A stretch of 34,297 nucleotides of DNA from Octopus sinensis (taxonomy: Eukaryota): positions 1 to 34,297 of the forward strand of contig NW_021831715.1 of the NCBI RefSeq assembly GCF_006345805.1, written 5' to 3'. Below, piece by piece: positions 1 to 9,825 of the stretch. The notes beneath the pieces are model-generated. The model made no database searches and was not told where the DNA came from. It saw only the letters and a program-made list of their open reading frames with translations. A program made the translations under genes and the position numbers. Position 1 is the first letter of the stretch; every line of letters starts with the position of its first letter.

Positions 1-40
1 CTCTGTAAAACATTTTGTCTGAGGTTCGAATGATTAAGTA

Positions 41-260
41 GAAGGCTGTGGCTTAGTGGTAACGGCGTTGTACTCATGATCGCAAAGTCTTGTTTTTCGA
101 TTCCTGGACATGATGACGCACTATTTTTGGACGAAAACTTAATTTCACATTGCTCCATTCCACTCAGCTTGCATAAACGAGTAATCTTGCGTCGGACCGG
201 CGTTCCGTTCATGAGGGGCGGGGGGAATATATACGTCACAGGATCCGGGAAGGTCATTTG
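41..260 (+). mobile_element. Decayed tRNA-derived SINE (family D-type head)
   Basis: GAAGGCTGTGGCTTAGTGGT (A-box-like) and TTCGATTCC (B-box-like), then TTCACATTGCTCCATTCCACTCAGCT. Similar to the heads at 4116(-), 23668 and 25524. Confidence 0.75.
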
Positions 261-1015
261 ATCCTTTGATCCTGGAAGAGAACAGATAGCATGAAAAAGC
301 AGCAAAAATACAACAACAAAAGAAACACACAAAAAAAGAAGCCGATGAGAGCGATCGAATATATAAGACTTTGCGTAAATTTGCCAAGACTGAAGCATTG
401 CTGAATACAGGAAAAAAAAACATCTACCGTATTCAATGTACTATGAAGGGCATCAGTATATCTTGGATGAATGACTATAACGGCACAGACACTTTACACC
501 ACTCAGTGTATACAAAACTCTCGGGTGCAGAGCAATTCAAGAGAGTTAAGGCTATAAGAAACTAGTCTTGAAGAGCAAACGATCCATAATGACGGCTAAC
601 GTAAAAGGATAAACGGGTCTATATACATAATAACTGTATTAACAGTTAATAAAAGGGAGAATATGAAACGTTAGCAAAGTTTCGGTGTAGAGAAGTATCA
701 GAAAACCCATCCACATGATATAGATGTCGTCCTATTGAGAGTCTTGGAGTGCGAACCGAAGTAGAAGTTATCCAAATGAATGTAAAGTAAGAAATATTGA
801 ATTTCTAAATCTCTCGTAGAGACATGTACGGTGGTGGGGCGATAGAATGGTTGTATACTGTCAATCTAACAAGAACGTGACAGTAGAGGGTACACCACCG
901 CTGTATAGCCCTAGGAAGTATTGAACGCCTCCTGATGGCTTTGACACATTTTTCCCTGTGTCCTTATATACATTTACGAAGGGGAGACAAACACTCCCGG
1001 CTGCCGAAACTGCAT

Positions 1016-1058
1016 CTAGGGACACGTGTTTCAGGATCGTTGTCCTTCATCGGCCTAG
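1016..1058 (-). ncRNA. Minimal type-I hammerhead ribozyme motif (PLE-type), U4C core variant
   Basis: Minus strand reads CTAGG-CCGATGA-AGGA-CAACGA-TCCT-GAAAC-ACGT-GTC-CCTAG. Stem I is a perfect 5 bp, stem II 4 bp, stem III is palindromic (ACACGTGT), cleavage triplet GUC. Confidence 0.75.
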
Positions 1059-1453
1059 AGTAGCAGACACCGGTCAACCGGTGATATTTGTCTCGACTTC
1101 GTATTTGTATATAATCTATATTCAGTGAAGTCTATTCACTGATAAGGAAAAGAAATACTTTTTAGAAAGCTTGCACTGTTTCAGCTGCAAAAACCTCTCA
1201 CCATCGTTCAAGAATAAATTCGGACGAACAAGAGCGTAAATTTGTTTAATAGGAAAAAGAAATCTTCCGACTGGCACCCCAATTCTATACGTGTATATAC
1301 AAATTGCAAAGGAAACCTTGGTCAAATGCCTACGCGTATGAATTCTTAAGTTACTTTCGCATCGGGTAACAAACAGAAATTCCTTTATGTGTACTGATTC
1401 GATTTATCGGAAACGGTGTTACTGTATTTTTAAAAGATCTAAAATAATAATAT

Positions 1454-1534
1454 GTGTCTTCTACTACAGCTCGGCCGACAAAGCCTTGTGATGGATTGCT
1501 AGACGGAAACTGAAAGAAGCCCGTCGTAATATTG

Positions 1535-1598
<64 letters not shown>

Positions 1599-1822
1599 TG
1601 TGTGTGTTTGTGTGAGTGTGTTGTCCCCTAGCATTGCTTGACAACCGATACTGGTGTGTTTATTGTGCTCGTTACTTAGCGGTTCGGCAAAAGAGAACGA
1701 TAGAATAAGTACTGGGCTTTGCAAAAGAATAAGTCCGGGTCGAGTTGCTCGATTAAAGGCGGTGCTCCAGCATGGCCGCAGTCAAATGACTGAAAAACAA
1801 GTAAAAGAGTTAAAAGAGAGTA
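1454..1822 (+). mobile_element. 5'-truncated SINE, family A
   Basis: Matches the full copy at 14571-14993 (GACGGAAACTGAAAGAAGCC...GGCGGTGCTCCAGCATGGCCGCAGTCAAATGACTGAAA, AAGAGT tail). Internal (TA)n is expanded to about 60 nt. Confidence 0.9.
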
Positions 1823-1830
1823 AGGGCAGC

Positions 1831-2035
1831 TGAAGTCGATTACATCGATCCCAGTGCGTAGCTGGTTCTTATTCAATCAATCCCGAAAGGAAGAAAGGCA
1901 AAGTCGACCTCGGCAGAATTTGAACTCAGAACGTAGCGACGGGCAAAATACTTATTTCTTTACTACCCACAAGGGGCTAAACACAGAGGGGACAAACAAG
2001 GACAGGCAAACCGATTAAGTCGATTATATCGACCC

Positions 2036-2068
<33 letters not shown>

Positions 2069-2254
2069 AACATTTTTAAGCATACGCACACACACATATA
2101 TATACACACACATGCAATGGTACTTATTTAATCGACCCCGAAAGGATAAAAAGCAAAGTCGACCTCGGCGGAATTTGAACTCAGAATGTAGCGGCAGACG
2201 AAATACTGCTAAGCATTTCGCCCGGCGTGCTAACGTTTCTGCCAGCTCGCCGCC
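1831..2254 (-). mobile_element. Head-to-tail dimer of SINE family B
   Basis: Head GGCGGCGAGCTGGCAGAAACGTTAGC at 2254 and core GAGTTCAAATTCCGCCGAGGTCGACTTTGC. The tail ...AAAGAAATAAG joins a second, head-less unit at about 1950. A (TA)n/(CA)n insert occupies 2036-2117. Confidence 0.9.
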
Positions 2255-2476
2255 TTGCATTTGTCTAAAATATTGCCGCAGTTCTGATGTTTGGCACCCA
2301 TGGCTTACATCAGAGGAGATAAGTGACAGCAGTAATAACACTTTATAGACTGTGCATGCTAGGTACAACTAAACGGGACTTTAAAGATGTCACAATTTCA
2401 ATAGTAAAGAGTCAACGACCGAGGACATCCAAGAACAGGAATACACGCACGTACACACATATACACACGTATATAA

Positions 2477-2496
2477 TCTATCTATCTATCTGTCTG

Positions 2497-2529
<33 letters not shown>

Positions 2530-2596
2530 ATATATATATATATATATAAATATATATATATAATATAATATATATATATAATATATATTATATATA

Positions 2597-2640
<44 letters not shown>
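2477..2640. repeat. (TCTA)n/(TA)n microsatellite
   Basis: Read directly from the sequence. Confidence 0.95.
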
Positions 2641-2642
2641 GA

Positions 2643-2752
2643 TTACCAACACATGGTTTCCGGGTTCAGTCCCACTGCGATTAAAGGTGGTGCTCCAGCA
2701 TGGCCGCAGTCAAATGCTGAAACAAAGTAAAAGAGTAAAAGAGTAAAAGAGA
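2643..2752 (+). mobile_element. Internally deleted SINE family A (head fused to tail)
   Basis: CCGGGTTCAGTCCCACTGCG is joined directly to ATTAAAGGTGGTGCTCCAGCATGGCCGCAGTC and the (AAAGAGT)n tail. Confidence 0.85.
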
Positions 2753-2786
2753 TATATATATATTATATAATAGATATACTATTATA

Positions 2787-2828
<42 letters not shown>

Positions 2829-2895
2829 GGCGGTGCCCCAGCATGGCCACAGCTCATGAGCTGAAACTGGATCAATCAATCAATCAATCAATCAT

Positions 2896-3035
2896 CATAT
2901 ATATTTGACGTGCTTCTTTCAGTTCCGTCACCAACCAAATCCACAAGGAGACTAAAGGAGAAGGCACTCGCTCAAGTTGCCACGCATTGGGATTGAATCT
3001 AGTACCACGTGGTTAGGAAGCAAACTTCAAAAATC
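2896..3035 (-). mobile_element. Decayed 5' half of SINE family A
   Basis: CTTCTTTCAGTTCCGTC...CAAGTTGCCACGCATTGGGATTGAA is the reverse complement of the family A head/core. Confidence 0.7.
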
Positions 3036-3699
3036 ACACCCATCGAGTTTAAAACCTGTTGATATTAACTTTGTGTTTCATTCTTCTGAGATCAATAAGT
3101 ATCACCGTTTGTAAATTATTTTTTAAAGTTTCAACACAGAGCTGCGGCCATACTGATGCACCGCCGTTAAAAAATTTTGGTCTTGTGCCTTTTCGAGAAA
3201 TGATTATTTTTGAACTTCTTGATATCATTTTGTAAAATTATTTAGAGGAATATTCTGATACACTAAACATTTGCTGCAAATTTATACAACTATAAGCGAT
3301 GATGTATTATAGATAAATCAGAAAAAAGTCGCCTTTGCATTACGGCTGGAATACACATGCTCAAGCAATAACAAATGGTTTCCACTACCTGTTTGCTAGA
3401 AATTTCTGTATACCGTACATTCACTCACTTCTGGAGAGTTTTACATACTGAACTATATACATGTAAAACATATAGTCACAAACAAGTTCTGTATATTTGC
3501 ACAACCTGATGAGAGTTACAGTCTCTGAAACAGCATGTTTTGTAGCGAACGATAGCACACTTCCTTTAAATATCGCGTACCAGAATTTCACATTTTCTGG
3601 TTATACTTTTACTGTATGGTTTTCTTCATGTTGTATTTCGTGTATAGTACGTATGTTTCTTATTACGAATAGTGTGTATATATATATATATATATATAG

Positions 3700-3733
<34 letters not shown>

Positions 3734-3780
3734 TATATTATAAATATAATAAATATATATATATATATATATATAAAGAG

Positions 3781-4116
3781 TAAAGACCCCCTTCGGTCAT
3801 GCATTGACCATGGATTGCACCTAGAAAGTTACCCTCCTAGACACAAGTCGGGCAAGGTTGTTTATGGAAGACCAGCAGTCGCCCATGCATACCAAGCCCC
3901 CCTCTCCACGCCACCAGTGTTATCCAAGGAAAGACAAAGGTCGATACAGCTTGGCACGAGTGACGTCGCAACTCATTTCTACAGCTGAGTGAACTGGAGC
4001 AACGTGAAATAAAGTGTCTTGCTCAAGAAAACACAACACGCAGCCCGGTCGGGATTCCGAGCTCACAACCTCACGATCGTAAGCTCGACGCTCTAACCAC
4101 TGAGCCATGCGCCTTC
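3781..4116 (-). mobile_element. Full-length tRNA-derived SINE, family D
   Basis: Minus strand reads GGCGCATGGCTCAGTGGTTAGAGCGTCGAGCTTACGATCGTGAGG (tRNA-like, A box), then a CORE-like TTCTTGAGCAAGACACTTTA block and a unique tail ending GAAGGGGGTCTTTA. Confidence 0.9.
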
Positions 4117-4117
4117 T

Positions 4118-4302
4118 GTATATATGTATGTATGTTTGTATTTATGTATGTAAATATATATATATGTGTGTGTGTGTGTATGTATTTATATATATATATG
4201 TACTATAACAATATATATATAAATACATACACACACACACATATATATATACATACATAAATACAAACATACATACATACATACATATATACATACATAC
4301 TA

Positions 4303-4337
<35 letters not shown>

Positions 4338-4869
4338 ATATACATACATATATATATACATATATATATATATCTGTAGGTGGGTGTGTGTATACATTCA
4401 TATGCGTATATATGTGCGGTTGTGTGTTCATTTCAAGTGCTCGTGTGCGTGTGTGTAGTGCGTGCGCTCATGTGTGTATAGGTGTGTGTGTGTGTGTGTG
4501 TGTTGTGTGTGTGTGTGTGTGTGTGTGGATGAAGCGATTGACTGAATTGCCAAGTTTGGGAAAAGGTGTTTTGCTGCTGGCAATAAGTTCATTCTGTGGG
4601 CAGCGAAACTCGATACTGATTGCCTCAGGCTTCACGCCCAATTACAATTTATTATCATTATTTTTTGTATATTTTATATAAAATGTTTACATTCAATTTC
4701 CCCCACACACACACATACACACACACTCACACACACATACACACACACACGAACATACACACAAACACATGCTCACACATACACATACACACACACACGC
4801 ACACCTCGCATGCATATAGACGTAGTTATCCATCTCTCTGCCTCAGTCTCTGTCTCTCTTTAACTCTCC

Positions 4870-4943
<74 letters not shown>

Positions 4944-5235
4944 CCTATCTATCTCTCTCTTATCTCTCTCTTCTCTCTCTCTCTCTATATAATATATATA
5001 ATATATATATACACATATATACTATATAGCATACCCACACACACATATAATACACACAGACACTCATATAATGTATCCATATATGTGTATATATATATAT
5101 GTATATAATAATATATGGGTGTGTGTGTTGGTGTGGTGTGTGGTGTGTGTGTGTGTGTTTGTGAGTGTGTGTGGATGTGTGTGTATTTATAAATGCATTC
5201 ATTCACGTACACTATATATTTCGCGTACGTATACA
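4118..5235. repeat. Compound microsatellite field (TA, TACA, GT, CA, TCTA, CT)
   Basis: Read directly. It explains the low-complexity ORFs at 4142-5349. Confidence 0.9.
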
Positions 5236-5498
5236 TACGTGTATATATGCGTGCGTATACTAATATGTGCTTATACTAATGATTTTTTTTTTACGTATGT
5301 ATTCATATGTTGTTTATATTTCGTTTTGTCATTTGAACTTTGTTTATAACTTTCTCTATTCGTGTGACCTAAAATGTCGGCTCCACCAAGGTTACTGAAC
5401 GCTTCTGTATTTGAATTGCCCCTCTGGTGAATCCAGATATTCTCCTGCTGCTTCTTGTCGTCATTACCAATGCGCTCTAGAATTGCTTGAGCAACGGA

Positions 5499-5704
5499 GT
5501 GGAGGCTCAATGGCCCAGTGGTTAGAGGGCAGCGGACTCGCGGTCGTAAGAATGCGGTTTCGATTCCCAGACCGGGCGTTGTGAGTGTTTATTGAGCAAA
5601 AACACCTAAGCTCCACGACGCTCCGGAGGGTTGGGGTTGGGGTAGGGGTGTACCCCGCTGTACTCTTTCACCACAACTTTCTCTCACTCTTTCTTCCTAC
5701 TTCT
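5499..5704 (+). mobile_element. 3'-truncated tRNA-derived SINE, family C
   Basis: GTGGAGGCTCAATGGCCCAGTGGTTAGAGGGCAGCGGACTCGCGG...GGTTTCGATTCCC. Near-identical to the head at 27421. Confidence 0.9.
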
Positions 5705-5993
5705 GCCACAAAGGAGAGGAACCATGATGTAACCCACTATGGTGTGGTAAAGCTTTCAGACCCTATCTAGATTGCAAATCCTCTCTACTTCAGGATGGTT
5801 CAGCTCTCCACCCATTAAAAGCCACCGTTTACGGAATGACGATAACAACATAGCTTTCGCGCCCGTGCAACCGCCAGTCTATCGCGTGTGGTGGGTGGAT
5901 CTTCATGTTGCCACACGCATTCTTGGTAACTTAGAGTAGGCTCGAATTATAGATTATTCTTTGTGAGTAAGGGTGTGAGTCCTGATTGGAAGA

Positions 5994-6172
5994 AGAGAAA
6001 AGAAGACAAGAAGAAGAAGAAGAAGAAGAAGAAGAAGAAGAAGAAGAAGAAGAAGAAGAGAAGAAGAAGAAGAAGAAGAAAGAAGAAAAAGACAAAAGAA
6101 GAAAAGAAGAAGAAGAAGAAGAAGAAAAGAAGAGAAGAATAAGAAAGAAAGAAGAAGAAGAAGAAGAAGATG
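5994..6172. repeat. (GAA)n polypurine microsatellite
   Basis: Read directly. Source of the poly-E/K and poly-F/L ORFs. Confidence 0.95.
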
Positions 6173-6418
6173 AGCAACGGAGAGAATGATGGCGATGTTT
6201 AATAAGAACGTTCGTGGTTCACAGTTCAAATGGCGCTCTATGCGCTATGAATCATTATTCTTTTCTACCTAAATCTAAAACAGTGTTCATTATGAAAATA
6301 AATTAGAATAGAGTTTTACAATGTGTTATATTTTATGTAGTTAGAAATAGACAAGCTGAAGATTTTTAATTATATAATTCACCATTATCGCTAAGAGCAG
6401 AGATTTGGCATAAGCGAG

Positions 6419-6636
6419 CTTTAGGTTAGTTAAAATATGTTTGACATATTTCAACTTGTAAGAACAAATTCACGGGAGTTACCGTAGAGACAAAAATTCT
6501 ATCTTACGGTAAAAGGAAAAACACAGATATGTTTTTACACCCTTTACTACACGGGACTATTTTCTCCATGCTAATTGCAGTAAATTCGCCTTCAGAATTT
6601 CAAATGTGTCACAAACATATTTTAATTAACCTAAAG
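6419..6636. mobile_element. Palindromic MITE-like element
   Basis: Left end CTTTAGGTTAGTTAAAATATGTTTG. The right end reverse complement is CTTTAGGTTAATTAAAATATGTTTG. Related copies at 25874 and 27070. Confidence 0.8.
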
Positions 6637-6697
6637 TTAGATTATATAATTATATAATCCTAATGATGCAAAATAAAATATAATTACTATCTTTATC

Positions 6698-6790
6698 TTC
6701 TAATTGTTTCAGTCATTGGACTACGGCGATGCTGTGACATCACCTAGAAGGGTTTTGCTCGAACAAAACGATCCAAGTAATTATGATTTT
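6698..6790 (-). mobile_element. Decayed 3' tail of SINE family A
   Basis: TGTTTCAGTCATTGGACTACGGCGATGCTG resembles the reverse complement of the family A tail. Confidence 0.65.
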
Positions 6791-6905
6791 TTAAAGTTCT
6801 GAATTTTTTCTATCCATATGTTTTGCTGCATCCCTGCGTTACGGAGACGCAAACAAAGCAATACTGGATGCCAAGGGGGGAAAATAAAAAAATTAAACAC
6901 AGACA

Positions 6906-7040
6906 CATACATACGTGCATATACATACATACATACACACCTACATGCATACCTACATACATACATACATACATACATACATACATACATACATACATAC
7001 ATACATACATACATACATGCATACACACACACACACCACA

Positions 7041-7080
<40 letters not shown>
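6906..7080. repeat. (TACA)n(CA)n microsatellite
   Basis: Read directly. Confidence 0.95.
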
Positions 7081-7083
<3 letters not shown>

Positions 7084-7101
7084 ACTCTAAACATGAACAA
7101 T

Positions 7102-7260
7102 GAAAAACCACAACAACGCGAGGACGTGGAACATGTATAGTGGTATTGGACGCCCAGGAAAGGAAAGAATGAAGGGGGATTTAACGTTTCGAGCGGAGCT
7201 TTTCGTCAGAAACATAGAAAAAGGAAGGTCCATGGAAGGGAAGACGAGAGAGAGAAAATC
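7102..7260 (-). mobile_element. PLE-like terminal repeat fragment with minimal hammerhead (family F, copy 1)
   Basis: Aligns with 15901-16050. HHR at 7180-7212(-) reads TTT-CTGACGA-A-AAGC-TCC-GCTC-GAAAC-GTT-AAA, with one stem II mismatch. Confidence 0.75.
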
Positions 7261-7304
7261 GCCAACGATACACCGCGGTCACACACACACACACACACAA
7301 CACT

Positions 7305-7307
<3 letters not shown>

Positions 7308-7379
<72 letters not shown>

Positions 7380-7491
7380 CATATATATATGCCATGTCTG
7401 ATAATGTTTTATATAAATTTGCAGCCTTGAAGTGACTAGTTAAAGGAATATTGCTGAAAATGGGGAAAAATTGTGTGTATTGTTGGCTGAA

Positions 7492-7569
<78 letters not shown>

Positions 7570-7625
7570 TTATCTATCTATCTATCAATCTATCTAGCTA
7601 TCTGTCTGTCTACACACACACACAC
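7308..7625. repeat. (TA)n and (TCTA)n microsatellites
   Basis: Read directly at 7308-7390 and 7493-7600. Confidence 0.9.
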
Positions 7626-8321
7626 AAATGAGAGAAGCGATGAAATACAGAAAGAAAAAAAGCCAGAGAATGAACAACAGAAGAAAACAATCGGAAAAGT
7701 GACAAATAGAGAAACTAAGATAATTTACAGAACTGACAACAATGTCAGATATATTTGTTTTGTCCCTCAATCGTTTTCTCTTTAATAACCGGTAAAACGA
7801 AATAGAATATTTATAATATTACTAAATCATAAATATTCTATTTCGTTTCATCGGTTATTGAACCAAATAGGTTTATCCCTCTTTCTTTACTTTATCTGTG
7901 TCGTTCCTATTCATAAACTGCAGAATATCAATTTTGAAATTGACCTAAATATATTAACATACGTATTTACATACTTTTTAAAAGACATACATAAAGAGAG
8001 GTATACGTGCAAACACGCACACATACGCACGCATGCATGTGCCTGCGCGCACACACACATACACACAAATATTTAGGAGCAGCCAAATATGCTGTAAATT
8101 AATACACATATGCATGAACATATTGAGTGAGACGATGTTCGTATAAATATTTTCGAAAACAATATACGATTTTATGCGTATAACGAATAACATGGTTAGT
8201 AAAAAAAGTACCCAGTTTTGTAGAATTAACTTAACTTCATGATCTTCCAACCAGAGAACATTAAGGGTACATTCTTCATAAAAAAATTTTGATGAGTCGT
8301 ATTCTGGACTACATAAATATT

Positions 8322-8940
8322 CTTTTCTACTCTAGGCACAAGGCCCGAAATTTTAGGAGTTGGGGTGGGAGCCAGTCGATTAGATCGACCACAGTACGCA
8401 ATTAGTACTTAATTTATCGACCCCAAAAGAATGAAAGACAGAGTCGACCTCGGCGGAACTTGAACTCAGAACGTAAAGACAGACGAAATGCCGCTAAGCA
8501 TTTCGCCCAGCGTGCTATAGTTTCTTGTTTCTTTATTGCCCACAAGGGGCTAAAAGTAGAGGGGACAAACAAGGACAGACAAAGGGATTAAGTCGATTAC
8601 ATAGACCTCAGTGCATAACTGGTACTTAATTTATCGACCCCGAAAGGATGAAAGGCAAAGTCGACATCGGTGGCATTTGAACTCAGAACGTAACGGCAGA
8701 CGAAATACCTATTTCTTTGCTACCGACAAGGGGCTACACACAGAGGGGACAAACAAGGACAGGCAAACAGATTAAGTCGATTATATCGACCCCAGTGCGT
8801 AACTGGTACTTATTTAATCGACCCCGAAAGGATGAAAGGCAAAGTCGACCTCGGCGGAATTTGAACTCAGAACGTAACGGCAGATGAAATACCGCTGAAC
8901 ATTTCGCCCAGAGCGCTAACGTTTCTGCCAGCTCACCGCT
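8322..8940 (-). mobile_element. Head-to-tail trimer of SINE family B
   Basis: Three units at about 8710-8940 (complete head), 8521-8709 and 8322-8520, each with the AAGTCGACCTCGGCGGAATTTGAACTC-type core. The most distal unit has a different tail subtype. Confidence 0.9.
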
Positions 8941-9177
8941 TTGGACTACATAAACATTGATTTTGTCACGGGTACTTTTCACTTCCCTTCTTCGTAAAGG
9001 CTCCACTGACCGCTACTATTTTTTCGATATTCATATTTCACACCCTCTTGATTTTGACTTCCAGGTCTTTGTACCTGTGCAGCTTCTCTGTGACTTTCAT
9101 TGTTTATCTCGGGAAGTTTTTAATTATTTACATTATTTACATTCGACGAATATTAGTTCTCATCTTGTTTGCTGTTA

Positions 9178-9221
9178 ACACAACATTTCGGCTGATATAC
9201 CCGCCAGCCTTCTTCAGGCGC
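9178..9221 (-). ncRNA. Minimal type-I hammerhead motif (inverted arm copy)
   Basis: Minus strand reads GCGC-CTGAAGA-A-GGCTG-GCGGGTATAT-CAGCC-GAAAT-GTT-GTGT. One C>T change in stem III. Confidence 0.7.
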
Positions 9222-9386
9222 ATGGCGTTGTGGTTAAGAGCGTGGGCTACTAACCCCAAGATTCCGAGTTCGATTCCAAGCAGTGACCTGAACTATAACA
9301 ACAACAACAAAAACAACAACAACAATGATAATAATAATATCGAAGAATACCTTAGGAATGAGAACCCAGGTTCGAAATTTCCCCAA

Positions 9387-9432
9387 GACACCTGAAGAAG
9401 GCTGTAACTTATATCAGCCGAAACGTTGTGTT
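9387..9432 (+). ncRNA. Minimal type-I hammerhead ribozyme motif
   Basis: GACAC-CTGAAGA-A-GGCTG-TAACTTATAT-CAGCC-GAAAC-GTT-GTGTT. Stems I and II are intact, cleavage triplet GUU. Confidence 0.8.
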
Positions 9433-9603
9433 AAAAACAAACAAGATGAGGACAAATATCCGTCGAATGTAAATAATGTAAATAATGTACATAAGTCCAC
9501 ATCTCTTAAACATAGAAAATGTTGATTAGTAAGTACACACCGCTAAGTATACACCATCTGGTTTCCTTGTCCTTAATTGCATTGCAAGGGTTACTCTCTT
9601 ACA

Positions 9604-9745
9604 TTCTTTTACTCTTTTACTTGTTTCAGTCATTTGACTGCGACCATGCTGGAACACCGATTTTAATCGGACAAATCGACCCCAAGACTTATTCCTTGTA
9701 AGCCAAGTAATTATTACATCGGTTCCTTTCTGTCGATCCAAGACA
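9604..9745 (-). mobile_element. 3' fragment of SINE family A
   Basis: TTTACTCTTTTACTTGTTTCAGTCATTTGACTGCGACCATGCTGGAACACC is the reverse complement of the family A tail. Confidence 0.85.
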
Positions 9746-9825
9746 AAACAATACACATGATAACACTTCGAATCAATTAAGATCAGAAGCCATGTGAGCC
9801 ACTACCTGGTGCTGCATCAGGGCAT

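Larger units (their letters stand above)
9123..9486 (+). mobile_element. tRNA-headed, hammerhead-tailed SINE-like element with inverted 5' arm
   Basis: tRNA-like head 9217-9290 (TGGCGTTGTGG; GAGTTCGATTCC), (AAC/AAT)n spacer, HHR at 9387-9432, tail to 9486. Segment 9123-9218 is an inverted copy of 9391-9486 (85/96 identical by my count). Confidence 0.8.

Noticed and set aside
3781-4116. tRNA genes at SINE heads (also 5499, 9217, 26829, 27421)
   Set aside because: A/B boxes are present, but I could not fold complete cloverleafs with acceptor stems, and each continues into a repeat body. Treated as SINE heads.
8322-8940. CRISPR-like array of tandem units
   Set aside because: Units are about 190-230-bp diverged SINE copies with no short repeat/unique spacer pattern, and the context is eukaryotic.
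9800-9825. U2 snRNA stem-loop IV resemblance (CCTGGTGCTGCATCAGG)
   Set aside because: Only about 10 nt similar, and the rest of U2 is absent.
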